64,000 nt of DNA. Origin: Mustelus asterias (Eukaryota). The translations under genes and the position numbers were made by a program. The notes beneath the pieces are model-generated. The model did no database searches. It had not been told where the DNA came from and saw only the letters and a program-made list of their open reading frames with translations. Position 1 is the first letter of the stretch. The number at the start of each line of letters is the position of its first letter. This document shows, in pieces, positions 1 through 12,924 of the stretch. The stretch covers positions 11,036,001 through 11,100,000 of the forward strand of contig NC_135830.1 of the NCBI RefSeq assembly GCF_964213995.1. Direction: 5' to 3'.

Positions 1-51
1 CAACCACCAAGCTTATCTTTGGCAGTGGAACCAAACTCACTGTAGAACCCA
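1..51 (+). CDS. TRDJ: TCR J gene segment (last J-delta before C-delta), 5' end cut by window edge
   Basis: Frame from nt 3 reads TTKLIFGSGTKLTVEP (FGXG motif), followed by a phase-1 donor GTAAGT at 52-57. The RSS lies outside the window. Confidence 0.93.
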
Positions 52-3000
52 GTAAGTGAAACTATTTTCTGCATTTTGTGTCTGGTTATAGTTTTAAAAA
101 GTAATGTCCGATTCAAATACACCTGTAAAGAATCTTTGTCCTGTAATAGCTGCTGTTGAGTTGATTGGGAAGAGCAGGGGGCGAGAGGGGTGGAGTGAAA
201 AATTAAAATGTCCTCTCACAACAGCAAATTATTAGACTCCTACAACGATGGAGGAGACCATTAGGCGCATCGCTTTTGCTTCGGGAACAGTGGAGTCATC
301 GTCATTGTGTTTTACAGAACAGGAAGAGGCCCTGCGACCCATTGTGCCTGCTCCAGCCATTAAACCCCTATCTATTCCATCGCATTTCTCAAGACTTGGT
401 TGCAGCCTTATATGCTATGGCATCAATAATCTTTGGACTTGCAGAGGACCAGAGGACCAGGTCCCTCTGGTCCTCTGCACTTTCTCGCGTCCTACAGTTC
501 ATTGTGTATTCCCTTGCCTTGTGACCCCTCGCAAAATGCACCACCTCACACTTTTCAGGTTTAAATTCCGTTTGCTACTGTTCTACCTGTCTGACCAGCT
601 CGCCCATATCGTCCTGTAATCTTTGCAAATCAGTGACATTTAATCTCACACGAAAAACATGTGAGCATCCTTGGCTTGACTTTGTGTGAAATTTGTATAC
701 GCGCTCCCGAAAAAGTGCAAATTAAATGTCTTTATTCTGTCCTCCATGAGGTAAATATGGCTCAGCTGCTGCAATGCGAAGTTTCTGTCTTGAAAATTGT
801 TCCTGCACATTTACTAATCACTGCAGTGAGACACCCACACTCAGCAGTCTGTTCACTTACTGGGTTCAGCATGTGACCAGTAAGGATAAGCTTATTTAAT
901 GTCATTACCAGCTCTATGATGGACAGGGAGGCAGCATCATGTGGGAAGGCAATTGAGAACATTACACTGATATAATGAATTTGCGTAGCTGAATATCCAG
1001 CTCAGCTCGTCCTAAAATTGCAGTGTCCAGTCTTTGTAGCTCCAGTAGTGTCACATTGGACTCAAAAAATCATAATTTTATTTTTATTTCTTTGATGTGG
1101 GCATTAAATCAAATCAAATTAAATCAAATCCTAATTGCCCACTGGGCAATTTCAGGTTCCACGACATTGCTTCTTGGATCCAAAACATATTTCCTTCTCC
1201 AAAGGACATTGTTGATCGAAATGGGCATTTACAACACATGGCAGAAGTCCTTTTTCATTCGCAAACTTGGCAATAGTAAATTCACTTTCCACATCCAAGT
1301 CATTATGTATATTGTAAATAATTGTGACCCGAGCATTAATCGCTGAGGCACTCCACTTGTAACAGATTGTCATCCTCAAAATGCTCTTCTAATCCCAACT
1401 CTCTGTATCCTATCGATTAGCCAACCCTCTATCCATGCGAATATATTACCCCAAAAAGCATGAATTCTGAATTAGCCCTTTGTCCGAGATCATATTCAAA
1501 GCTTTTTGCTGCAAAGATAAGATACCAACCAATGAACGACAATGCTTTTTTAACGGCAATCGTCGATAGTTGCCGGAGTTTTTACTGGATGCTACACTTC
1601 GATCAATTTATTTGAAATTACTCCAAGTGCTGGGGCGGGAATTGAACCCATTTCTTCAGGGGAATTAGTCTGGGTCTCCGTGCTGCTAATCTAATGACAT
1701 TGCCATTTCGCTGCAACCATCCCACAATGTTGCATGAAGAATGTTTAGTGATAGTTTCAATCAAAAGTTTGTTACAGAGTCAGATATCACTGTGATTAAT
1801 TTCGTCTTGTGATCTTTATCAAAGAATTAACATTCAGTGCCATCATCCAGCACTTTCCTTCATGGACATATATAATATAGAGAAAGATAGAAAATAGGAG
1901 CACGGGTAGGCCATTCGACACTTAGACCCTGCTCTGCCATTCGACACGACCGTGGCTGAAACTGTAACTCAACACCATACTATCCCTCACCTCATAATTC
2001 TTGACACCTTTAGAGTACAGTAATATATTTCCTTTTAAAATATATTCACTGATTTCGCATCCACAAACTTCTGTGGTCGAGAATTAGTTTCACCAGCCTC
2101 TGAGTGAAGAAATGTTTCCTCATCTCAGACTTAAATGTCCAACCCTGAACACTGAAACTTTGATCCCTTTTTCTAGACCCCACCCCGTCAAAGGAAACAA
2201 CATCCCTGCATCCAGTCTGCTCATCCCTGCTAAAATTCTGTATATTTCAATGACATCGCCTCTCATGTTCTAAACTCCAAGTGAATACAGATGCAGTCGC
2301 CTCTCCGAAAACGACAATCCTGCCATCCTAAAAATCAGTCTGGTGTACTTTTTCTGCATTCTTTCTATTGCAAGTTTATTTTTTTCTTCGAAAGGAGACC
2401 AAAACTGCACACAATATTAGATTTCGTCAAAGAAGGATTGGATTTAGAAAATGTCTTAATGGAGGAAAGTGAGGTATTAAGTTGAAAAATATTTCCTGAT
2501 TTCGCTCCTGAAAGTCTTAAACATTAAACATCGTCTAAAATCTAATTTGCTTAAATCTTGGACTCCCCAACCAGCAGCAAATGTTCCTGTTTATCAACCC
2601 TCTCCGTTTGGGAATGATTAAGTCACTCCTTAACTAAATTCCAGCGTTTTAGAGTTAAACATCATCTACACTGTTAATCGGGTACTCTGAACATACATAC
2701 AGCTTACAGAGTAAAATTTCTTCTCCTCCTGCTCTGTTCAAGGAATTTTTAAATGCTGAATTTTAATTTTGTGAAAACCAGAACAAAAATGTTGCCGGTT
2801 CTGATTGCGGACTCTTCTTTATTTCAATCCTGATCTCAGATCTTCACATTCAAACATGAATATTAAGCTCCGAATATATTTTCGGTCTCTCAGTGTTTAT
2901 GCATTCTGTGTTCTTCACCTGGCTAAAGACTTTGAATAAAGACATTTGTTGATCAATCCTTAGTCTTAGCATATGGACATTTATAACCAACATGGTTCAT

Positions 3001-3234
3001 TGATTTTTAATTCTAAGGTGCGTTAACTTACATTTCCCTGCAATGAAAACATCCATTAGTTTTATCCATTCACAAAATATTAATATTTCTTTGCAATTTG
3101 ATGCTTCCAGCTATGCTGCTTACAATGCTGCATATTGTGTCATTTGCAAACTAGCATATTAAGCATTCTATCACATTCTATCATATTGTCTTAATAAATA
3201 CAACTATACTGCATATCATTCTGTATAGATATAT

Positions 3235-4515
3235 CTGTGTGTGTGTATTTGTGCGTGCGTGCGTGTGCGCGTGTGTGTTTGTGCGTGAGTTTGTTTGTAC
3301 GCCTGTATGTCCATACCTGCCTGTGTGACTGTCTGCGGCGTGTGTATGTATTCAAGTCTCGAATCAACATAGGAGCAGGTATTTGGCCCATCAATACTGA
3401 TCGAACATTCAAACTGATCATGGCACATTCACACACATTCACACACGCACCCACCCATACAAAAGCACACACAGAAACACACAAACACACGCACACTCAC
3501 ATTAATATTTTGTGACACACAAGCGTAGCATTTGCCTTCCTCATTGTTTGCTGTACCTGAATGCTAGCTTTTCATGAACAGGTCTCTCGAGAAGTCAACT
3601 CTTTTCAACCTCGCATCATGCAGGTAATATTCTGTATTTCTGTTTTATTTCCCCCAACCATAGTGGATAACTTCATACTTAGTTACTTTTTATCCCATCT
3701 GCCATGTCTTTGCGCATTCACTCAGCCTGTCCAAATCTCCTTGAAGCCCCCATTGCATCCTCCTCTCCATTATGTCTGTGCCATCAGCAAGGTTTGAACT
3801 ATTTTATTTGGTCTCCACATCAAGTTTCTGGGTGTGTTCCAGTCTCTGTGTTTGTTTCTGGGCATGTCTGTCTCTCAGTCTGATTGTCTCTCGATCTGTG
3901 CGTGTGTGTGTATGTTTGTGTGTGTACGCCTGTGTGCCCGTACGTCCATGCTTGCCTGTGTGAGTGTCTGCGACGTGCAAAAGTATTTCAGTCTCAAAGG
4001 GACATAAGAGCAGGAGTAGGCCATTTGGCCAAAAATAATGCTCCAACTTTCAAACAGATCATGGTACACACACACACACACACACACACGCGCGCTCACT
4101 CGCGCTCTCGCGCTCCTATTTGATTGCACAAATATGGAGCATTTGCCTTCCACATGTCTTGCTGTGCCTACATGCTAATTTTTGCTGACCCATGAACAAG
4201 GACATCCAGCTCTCTCTGGCAACAACTCTGTCCAATCTCGCACTGTTTAGGAAATACTCTGCCTTTCTGATGTTTTTTTTCCGCCAGAGTGGATAACTTC
4301 ACACATATTCAGTTTTATTCCATCTGCCATGTTCTTGCCCATTGACTCAGCCTGTCCCAATTCCCTTCAAGTCCCCCTTGCATCCTCCTCACCATTAGTT
4401 GTGCTCATCAGCAAGATTGGAAATATTTTATTTGGTCCCCAAATCCAGACTCTCTGTGTTTGTGTGTGGTGCTGGGTGTGTGTGTCTCTCAATGTCTCAG
4501 TGTGTGTGTGTGTGT
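3235..4515. repeat. Degenerate (GT)n/(CA)n tracts and old CR1 fragments in a two-copy tandem duplication
   Basis: Paired similar blocks about 600-660 bp apart, e.g. GCATTTGCCTTCC and CATCAGCAAG..TATTTTATTTGGTC. Confidence 0.6.
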
Positions 4516-4591
4516 GGAGGGGAGGGGGTGGAGGGGCGGGGGGGGGGGGGGGGGTATGCATGCTTCCAGATGCATGTGTGTGTCATAGTGT

Positions 4592-6258
4592 CATAGAATC
4601 ATAGAGGTTTACAACTTGGAAACAGGCCCTTTGGCCCAACTTTTTCATGGCGCCATTTTCTTAAGCCCGAAGCCAACCCCAAATGCCTGCATTTGGCCCA
4701 AATCCCTCTAAACCCATCGTACCATGTAACTGTCTAAATGCTTTTTAAAAGACAAAATTGTACTTGCCTCTACTACTACCTCTGGCAGCTTCTTCCAGAC
4801 ACTCACCACCCTCTGTGCGAAAAAAAATGCCCCTGTGGACACTTTTGTATCTCTCCCTCTCACCTTAAACCTATGCCCTCTAGTTTCAGATTCCCCTACC
4901 TTTGACTATCTAACTGATCTATGCCCCTCATTATTTTATAGACCTCTATGAGATCACCCCTCAGCCTTCTACGCTCCAGAGAAAAAAGTCCCAGTCTATC
5001 CAGCCTCTCCTTCTAACTCAAACCATCAAGTCCCAGTAGCATCCCAGAAAATCTTTTCTGCACTCTTTCTAGTTTAATCATATCATTTCTATAATAGGGT
5101 GATCAGAACTGTACACAGTATTCAAAGTGTGGCCTTAACAATGTCTTGTACAACTTCAACAAGACGTCCCAACTCCGATATTCAATGTTCTGACCAGTGA
5201 AACCAAGCCTGCTGAATGCCGTCTTCACCATTCTGTCCACCTGTGACTCCACTTTCAAGGAGCTATGAACGTGTACCCCTAGATCTCTTTGTTCTGTAAG
5301 TCTCCCCAACGCCCCACCATTAACTGAGTAAGTCCTGCCCTGGTTCAATCTACCAAAATGCCTCATCTCGCATTTGTCTAAATTAAACTCTGTCTGCCAC
5401 TCGTCAGCCCACTGGCCCAATTGATCGAGATCCCATTGCAATCCGAAATAACCTTCCGCACTGTCCACTATGCCACAAATCTTGGTGTCACCTGCAAACT
5501 TACCAACCATGCCTCCTATATTTTCATCCAAATCATTAATATAGATGACAAATAACATTGGACCCAACACTGATCCCTGAGGCACTCCGCTGGTCACAGG
5601 CCTCCAGTTTGAAAAACAACGTCTACAACCAACCTCTGGCTTCTGTGATTAAGCCAATTTTGTATCCATTTGGCTTCCTCACCCTGGATCCCGTGAGATT
5701 TAACCTTACAAACAACCTACCATGTGGAAACTTGACAAAGACCTTGCTAAATTCCATGTCGACAACATCAACTACCTTCTTGGCTATCCCTTCAAAAACT
5801 CAAACTCACAAAGCCATGCTGGCTGTCCCTAATCAGTCCTTGCATTTCTAAATGCCTGTAGATCCTGTCTCTCAAAATACGTTCCAACAACTTACCCACC
5901 ACAGATGTGAGACTCACTGGCCTGTAGTTCCCAGGCTTTTCCCTGCAGCCCTTTTTAAACAAAGGCACAACATTTGCCACCCTCCAATCTTCAGGCACCT
6001 CACCTATGACTAACAATGATTTAAATATCTCTGCTCGGGAACCCGCAAATTCCTCCCTAGCCTCCCACAATATCCTGGGATACACTTCATCAGTTCCCGG
6101 GGATTTATCTACCTCAATGCGCTTTAAGACTTCCAGCACCTCTTTCTCTGTTATATGTACACTCCTTAAGACATCACTATTTATTTCCCCAAGTTCCCTA
6201 ACAACCATGCTTTTCTCAACAGTAAAGACTGATGAGAAATATTCATTTAGGATCTCAC
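4592..6258 (-). mobile_element. CR1 LINE, 5'-truncated, internally deleted ORF2 (RT) fragment
   Basis: ORFs 5792-6208 (KSPG, YRPVSLTS, QHGF) and 5103-5597 (GVPQGSVLGP). 3' microsatellite tail near 4592. Confidence 0.9.
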
Positions 6259-7025
6259 CTGATAAATGTGAGGTGATTCATTTTGGTAGGACTAATTTAA
6301 ATGTGGATTACGGGGTCAAAGGTACGGTTCTGAAGACTGTGGAGGAACAGAGAGATCTTGGGGTCCATATCCACAGATCTCTAAAGGTTGCCACTCAAGT
6401 GGATAGAGCTGTGAAGAAGGCCTATAGTGTGTGGAGTTTAAGAGCCGTGGGGTTATGCTGCAACTGTACAGGACCTTGGTGAGACCACATTTGGAATATT
6501 GTGTGCAGTTCTGGTCACCTCGCTATAAGAAGGATGTGGAAGCGCTGGAAAGAGTGCAGAGGAGATTTACCAGGATGCTACCTGGTTTGGAGGGTAGGTC
6601 TTATGAGGAAAGGTTGAGGGAGCTAGGGCTGTTCTCTCTGGAGCGGAGGAGGCTGAGGGGAGACTTAATAGAGGTTTATAAAATGATGAAGGGGATTGAT
6701 AGAGTGAACGTTCAAAGACTATTTCCTCGGGTGGATGGAGCTATTACAAGGGGGCATAACTATAGGGTTCGTGGTGGGAGATATAGGAAGGATATCAGAG
6801 GTAGGTTCTTTACGCAGAGAGTGGTTGGGGTGTGGAATGGTCTGCCTGCAGTGATCGTGGAGTCAGACACTTTAGGAACATTTAAGCGGTTATTGGATAG
6901 GCACATGGAGCACACCAGGATGATAGGGAGTGGGATAGCTTGATCTTGGTTTCAGATAAAGCTCGGCACAACATCGCGGGCCGAAGGGCCTGTTCTGTGC
7001 TGTACTGATCTATGTTTCTATGTTC
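6259..7025 (+). mobile_element. CR1 LINE 3' fragment (same subfamily as the 34.6-38.8 kb element)
   Basis: ORF 6431-6943 LVRPHLEYCVQFWSP...IGSGIA*, and a TCTATGTT tail. Confidence 0.92.
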
Positions 7026-7028
7026 ACC

Positions 7029-7170
7029 CGTGTGTGTGTGTGTGTATGTATATGTGTGCGCGCGCGTGTGTGTGTATGTGTGTGTGCGTTTGTGTGCATA
7101 TGTGTCTATGCATGTCCGTCTATCTGCTTATATGCCTGGGCATGTGTGCGTGTGCATGTGAGTGTGTGAA

Positions 7171-7206
<36 letters not shown>

Positions 7207-7221
7207 GGAGAGAGAAAGAGA
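7029..7221. repeat. (GT)n/(GA)n compound microsatellite
   Basis: Directly visible. Confidence 0.9.
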
Positions 7222-7417
7222 GGCGTCACTCCTCAGCCTTCTCTGTGCCAAGCGAAAACGCCCTAATTATCCAGTCTCAGCATTCGGTAAATTCATGGAG
7301 AAACTCACATAGGGTTAAGAGATAGAAAAAATGCGGGTCTAATCGAATGGCTCAGCAGGTTGGAGGAGTTCCCTCTGTTGGATTCTGATCATTTCCTTTT
7401 ATTTATTAAATTTTCAG

Positions 7418-7729
7418 AGGCGAAAGGCCCGGTGGAGCCTAAATTGAGCGTCTTTTACCCGCCAGTGCCACGGGGAGCCACCGGCATCGACACAGCTGCA
7501 GTATGCTTGGCCTCGGACTTCTCGCCCAACGCAATCATGCTCTCCCTGTACACGGGATCGGGCCAGGAGGTCAATGTGACAAGATCCAGTGTCCTATTGG
7601 AGAGCGGGAATTACAGGAGCTCGGGTTTTCTCTCTTTCCGCCAATCCGAGAAATCGCCAAACATCACGTGCAAGGCATTTCACGATAATCGAAATTACTC
7701 AGTAAACATCCCGCCCACAGTTGAAATTG
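7418..7729 (+). CDS. TRDC: TCR delta constant region exon 1 (Ig C1 domain)
   Basis: Acceptor TTTTCAG (phase 1), donor GTAAGT at 7730. Reads AKGPVEPKLSVFYPP...AAVCLASDFSP...SSVLLESGNYRSSGFL...NITCKAFHDNRNYS. The SGxY and TCxxxHDN motifs resemble C-delta rather than C-alpha. Confidence 0.9.
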
Positions 7730-8517
7730 GTAAGTTTATTTTATTTTCGTTCACGTGATGTGGGTGTCGTTGGCTTGGCCAACATTTATTGCCCGTCCTA
7801 AACTGCCCTTCAGCAGAAGACATTTAAGAGTCACTTGCCGGCCAGACCATGTAAGGACGGCAGATTTCGTTCGCTGAAGGAAGTTAGTGAACCAGATGAG
7901 TTTTAATGATAATCGACAATGGTTTCAGGGTCATCATGAAACTTTTAATTCCAATTTTTAAAAAAATGTTCAAATTTCGCAGCTGCCATCCCCAGGTCAG
8001 CATTCTGGGTCGTTGGATTACCAGTCCAGTGACAATGCCACTGCGCCACTGCCTCCTCTCAGAATGTTTTATGACAGGAAGAACTTGCACTAAATATTAT
8101 CCATCCTCTTAACGACCTAAGGACTCTCGGTGTCATCGTCACTCAAAGTGTAGTCTTTTTGAAAGATTAGCTGACTAATGATTGACGGTCAATTATCCTA
8201 GTCTGGGGACTTCACTGCAGGAGTTCCTCAGTGTCTCAGGCCTAACCAGCTTCAGTTGCTTCATCAATCACCTTCAATCCATTGTAAGGTCAGAAGTTGG
8301 GATGTTCGCTGATGACTGAACAATTTTCAGCACCATTCATGACACCTCAGATCTTGAAGTAGTGCATTACAAATGCACCAATAGCTGGACAATACCGAGG
8401 CTTTGACTGACAAGCTGCAAGTAACATTTGCGCCACACATGTTCCAGGCAATGACCAACTCCAACAGGAAAGAAGCTAACAACCGGCTCTTGACATTTAA
8501 TGGCATTACCATGACTG

Positions 8518-8898
8518 AAACAAAGAACAAAGAAAATTACAGCACAGGAACAGGCCCTTCGGCCCTCCAAGCCTGCACCGACGATGCTGCCCGACTTAAC
8601 TAAAACCCCTTTCCCTTCCGGGGACCATATCGCTCTATTCCCATCTTATTCATGTATTTGTCCAGATGTCCCTTAAAACTCACTATCATATCTCCTTCCA
8701 CTACCTCCCCCGGCAGCGAGTTCCAGGCACGCACCACCTTCTGTGTAAAAACTCTGCCTCGTACGTCTCCTTTAAACCTTGCCCCTCGCACCTTAAATCT
8801 ATGCCCCCGAGTAATTGACTCTTCCACCCTGGGAAAAAGCTTCTAACTATCCACTCTGCCCATGCCTCTCATAATCCTGTAGACTTCTATCAGGTCAA
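8518..8898 (-). mobile_element. CR1 LINE 3' fragment
   Basis: ORF 8600-8827 TRGHRFKVRG...WNSLP, and an (AACAAAG)n tail. Confidence 0.85.
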
Positions 8899-9159
8899 CC
8901 CCCACTATCAACATCCTGAGGGTTAACGTTGCTCAGAAACTGGACTGGACTATCCATATAAGTGCTGTAGCTGCAAGAGAATGTCGGAGATTGGGAATCC
9001 TGTGGTGAGTAACGTATCTCCTCATCCCCCAAATTCTCTGCCCCATCCACAAGACATAATCATGACTGTGGTAGTGTATTCGCCACTTGCCTCGATGAAT
9101 GCAGCTCCAATAACACTCAGACATTTGACACGACCCAGGACAAAGCAGCTCCGCTTGAT

Positions 9160-9530
9160 TAACAGTGTGTTTATGAGTGTCACAAGTCGGCTTACATTAA
9201 AACTGCAATGAATTTATTGTGACAATCCCATAGTCGCCACACTCTGTGCCTGTTCGGGTACACTGAGGGAGAATTTAGCATGGCCAATGCATCTAATCAG
9301 CACGTCTTTCGGACTGTGGGAGGAAACCGGAGCGCCCGGATCAAACCCACGCTGACACGAGGAAAACGTGCAGACTCTGCACAGACAGTCACCCAAGCCG
9401 GGAATCGAACACAGGTCCCTGACACTGTGGGCGGGGGGGAGTGGAGGGGGGGGGCGGAGGGGAGTGGCGGGGCGTTGGGGGGGGGGGGGGGGGGTGGCGG
9501 TGCAGCAGTACTAACCACTGTGCCACTGTG
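9160..9530 (-). mobile_element. tRNA-derived HE1-related SINE with a G-rich insert
   Basis: Reverse complement of the core GGTTTCCTCCCACAGTCC and the head GCACAGTGGTTAG. Confidence 0.75.
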
Positions 9531-10450
9531 CGGCTCAAGCATTAAGTACTCTATTCACAAATATCCACTTCTTCCACCACCGAAGCACAATGGCAGCAGT
9601 GTGTGCCATCCACAAGATACACAGCAGTAACTCTCCAAGTCTCCTTCCGCTGAATCTTCCAAACTCACGACCGTTATCTTCTCGGAGGACAAGGGCAGCA
9701 GATACCTGGGAACACCATCATCTGGACGTTACCCTCCATGTCACTCAGCATCCTGACTTGGAAATGTTTCGGCAGTTCCTTCACTGTCGCAGAGTCAAAA
9801 TGGTGGAACTTCTTCCCTAACAGCACTGTGTGTGTACGTACCCCTGACAGACTGCAGAGGTTCAAGCAGGAGACTCACAACCATCTTCTGAAGGGGGCAA
9901 TTAGGGATTGGCAATAAATGCTGACCTGCCAGTGATGTCCACATTCCGTAAATGAATAAAAATAATAAGAGCTAACTATTATAATTCAGGGCAGTGTGCA
10001 GGACCCGTAACTGCTGGTACATCACCGAATTTAGGAACGTATTAAATACTAACCAGGGTAGTGGAGAATCCCGTTCCTCTGGAGAAATGCCCTGATATCA
10101 TTTAATCCACTGCAGAGCTGAAATCAGGCCTCGGTTTCACGACGTTTTCGGAAGACAGTGAAATACTGCACTGATGGAACGGCTCTGGATCCTGGGTTTT
10201 AATCCCTGATGGGGAATCTACCCTGCACTCTTTGAACTCAGAATTGGGACGAACTAAATGGCAGAGCTACCAATGTTTCTCCGTTGTGAATAATCAAGTG
10301 AACAAGTCCAATCGTGCTGTTTGATTCTTACTTTCTTCGTGGCTTTTGGTTATGACAACAACATTATTCAAAGTGATATTGAGAACAAACATGGTTACAG
10401 TAATGTCACTTGCTCACTTAATAAGTCAAATGTCATTTTTGCCCTTCCAG

Positions 10451-10513
10451 ATAAACCTAAATGCCCTACAGGTCGAAGTGATTCCTTGACAGAATCAAGT
10501 GACACGGAAAACG
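10451..10513 (+). CDS. TRDC: TCR delta constant exon 2 (connecting peptide with interchain Cys)
   Basis: Acceptor CCTTCCAG, donor GTATGT at 10514. 63 nt, phase 1/1, DKPKCPTGRSDSLTESSDTEN. No alpha-chain FETDxxLN motif. Confidence 0.88.
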
Positions 10514-10955
10514 GTATGTGCTTTATTCAACATTTATCAAAGTAAAATACTTGCAAATAGACGGATTGATAAGTGGACAAATAGGCACGGATACAGACCC
10601 GGAGATTGAATGATAAACATATAGTGAGATGGGGAAAAAGATAGATTGTCACACAGAGTGAGGGAGAGAGATATATCAATCGAGCGGGATAGCGAGAGAG
10701 GAGGAGAGGCGGGGAGAGAGAGAGAAACTCAGAGTGAAAGAGAGGTGAAGATAGATAGACAGGCAAGCAGACGGTCGGACGGACGGACTGACAGAGATGG
10801 ACAGACGGACGGACGGACAGGGATGGACAGACGGACGAAAGTCAAGCTGTTAGATAATGGAAAAAATATCACATTAGAGGTATACAGTTGTTTTTCAATA
10901 CCAAATCACATATCCATTAAACCAGATCTATCATTTGTTTCTCTTATTTTGGCAG

Positions 10956-11066
10956 ATCGACTGAGGGTGAACTTTTTGTCTTTGACGGTGATGGGGCTAA
11001 GAATTTTGTTTTTCAAGAGCATTGTCTTCAATGTCATGATGACGGCCAGGGTGTGGCTATTTTGAG
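10956..11066 (+). CDS. TRDC: TCR delta constant exon 3 (transmembrane/cytoplasmic, stop codon)
   Basis: Acceptor TTTTGGCAG. Reads DRLRVNFLSLTVMGLRILFFKSIVFNVMMTARVWLF*, with the alpha/delta-type intramembrane Arg and Lys. Donor GTAAGG follows one base after the stop. Confidence 0.93.
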
Positions 11067-11653
11067 GTAAGGTCGGTCACCTGAATGCGTGCCAAGAAAG
11101 ACAAACTGTGATGAACAATGACCATTGACGGGATTTCGCGAGGCCACTGTTAAGGCAGACGCTGAAACTAACCCGTGGAGTGAGCATTAACTTGGATGCA
11201 TTTAGACAAACGAACTCTTACTCCAGTGCCCCATCCTCATCGCTTTTCATCCCTCCCTTGCCACCGCACCACCGCCCCTCCCCCGCCCCCGCCGCCCCCC
11301 CCCCCCCCGCCCCCGCCGCCCCCCCCCCCCGCCCCCGCCCGCCAACCCCCGCTCCCAATCGCAGCCTTGACTTCTTAAACCTCTCCAGATTTTTGTTTAA
11401 TTATGGGTGTCACTGACTAGCCTAACTTTTTCCGCCCATCCCTTGGTCTTGAGCTGCGTAGCTCTTTCGGAGAGTCGGTGCAGACTCTATGGACCAAATC
11501 GCATCCTTCTGCACTGTCGGGGTTCTTGTGCAATTGCAGTGGCTTCTGAGAATATTATTGGAGAATGTTAATGGAGACCCTAAAGATACAAGGTGTTCTT
11601 TGCTTGCTGACTCTTTGATGTGCTACTACTGTTGCTCCTTCCATTCCAAACAG

Positions 11654-12750
11654 AACTGCATTGGACGATGAAATGGATTCAGGTGTGAAGTCATTGACTG
11701 GGGTATCAAAATCCAGAGGCTTCCTGATCAGAAGTTCCGCTTCAAGCAATTCAATCTCGCTTGTTTTAAATGGCGACTTAACTTTAAAAGATCCTCTTTT
11801 CGGTCACTTTTTTCCACTGTTATTTTGATTTGAAATTCGTGGTTCTGCGAAAATTCTACTGCTTATGCTACATAAACATTTCAATTATGCATTTCAGCAA
11901 CAGCGTGGAGCTAGCATTGACATGGTGTCTGCCTGCATTAGTGTCGGAGACATTTTTGAAAACAGCATTTTCAATTTTAGGACGTATAGAACTTCGATTT
12001 TTATATTCTTTGCTTAGAATAGTAGAATCCTATTCCGGAGAAAGCAGCCACTCAGCCCATAGTGACAATGGCAGCCCTTTACAGGGCAATCTAGGTAATG
12101 GCACCTCACATGTTCCTTTTGGTTGTTTTACTCTGGTAGTTATTTTAAACATTGTATTTTAATGCATGCAATTTAAGAGCGTAAGATACGTTAAATCAGC
12201 AAGGGTCTGATCGGATTTTCATCAAACTTTTAGATTGTTGCCAAGGTGATATTCTCTCTCCCGTACTTAATCTTGGACTCCAGATTTTCCTCCCAGTGCC
12301 ACGGAGGCACCAAACCCCAGCCTGTGCATCTGGGCCCTTAGAGATAATCGAGCCACCACTTGCCGCCGTGCAGAGCTTTATCATGACACGGCATTTCACA
12401 AGTAAGATGAACAAGAGTTTTTGAACATCTCGCCATGAGCTTAGCCTAAAATCAGGTTATTGCTCTCAAGTTATTTTACAGATGGGACATTCGTACACAT
12501 TTAAGACCATCCGGTTAGTCAGGGGAAGCGAGAGTTATGGGGCTAAGGTGGTAAAGTGGAGTTGAGGATAATATCAAACCAACCATGATTTCATTGAAAG
12601 GCGAAGCAGCTCCTGTGGGCCGAATGGTCTACTTCTACTCCTCCGTCTTATGCTCTTCTGGTTCGTTAATCACACCTTTGTGCATATCTGTCACCTTGTT
12701 ATTTTTTCATATGCATCGCTTATAATATTGAATAAATTTGCAGTCTTTAA
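11654..12750 (+). other. Candidate untranslated final exon (3' UTR) of TCR delta with polyA signal
   Basis: The donor after the stop implies a UTR exon. A pyrimidine tract plus CAG ends at 11653, and AATAAA lies at 12731-12736. Exon limits are a guess. Confidence 0.4.
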
Positions 12751-12924
12751 TGAAGGGTGTCTTCTGCTTCTTTGTTAACGCGATGGCAAGACATGCATTT
12801 GGTTTGGTTGACAGAGAGCTCTTGTAGTCGCGCAGCACAAATGGAGGCCACTGAGCCCATCATGAGGATACCAGCTCCCCATGGCAGATCCCGCCAATTG
12901 GAGCCAATTTATTTTTTAAAGTCT

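Noticed and set aside
1767-1830. CACTGTG preceded by a T-rich tract, a possible extra J-delta
   Set aside because: Poor nonamer at 12-bp spacing, and no FGXG or splice donor follows.
4592-7025. Opposed CR1 halves as one twin-primed inverted insertion
   Set aside because: The halves belong to different subfamilies and each has its own 3' tail, so they are independent insertions.
7418-11066. Calling the constant gene TCR alpha
   Set aside because: The domain motifs are delta-like, there is no alpha connecting-peptide motif, and a NAR-TCR cassette is nearby. A phylogeny would settle it.
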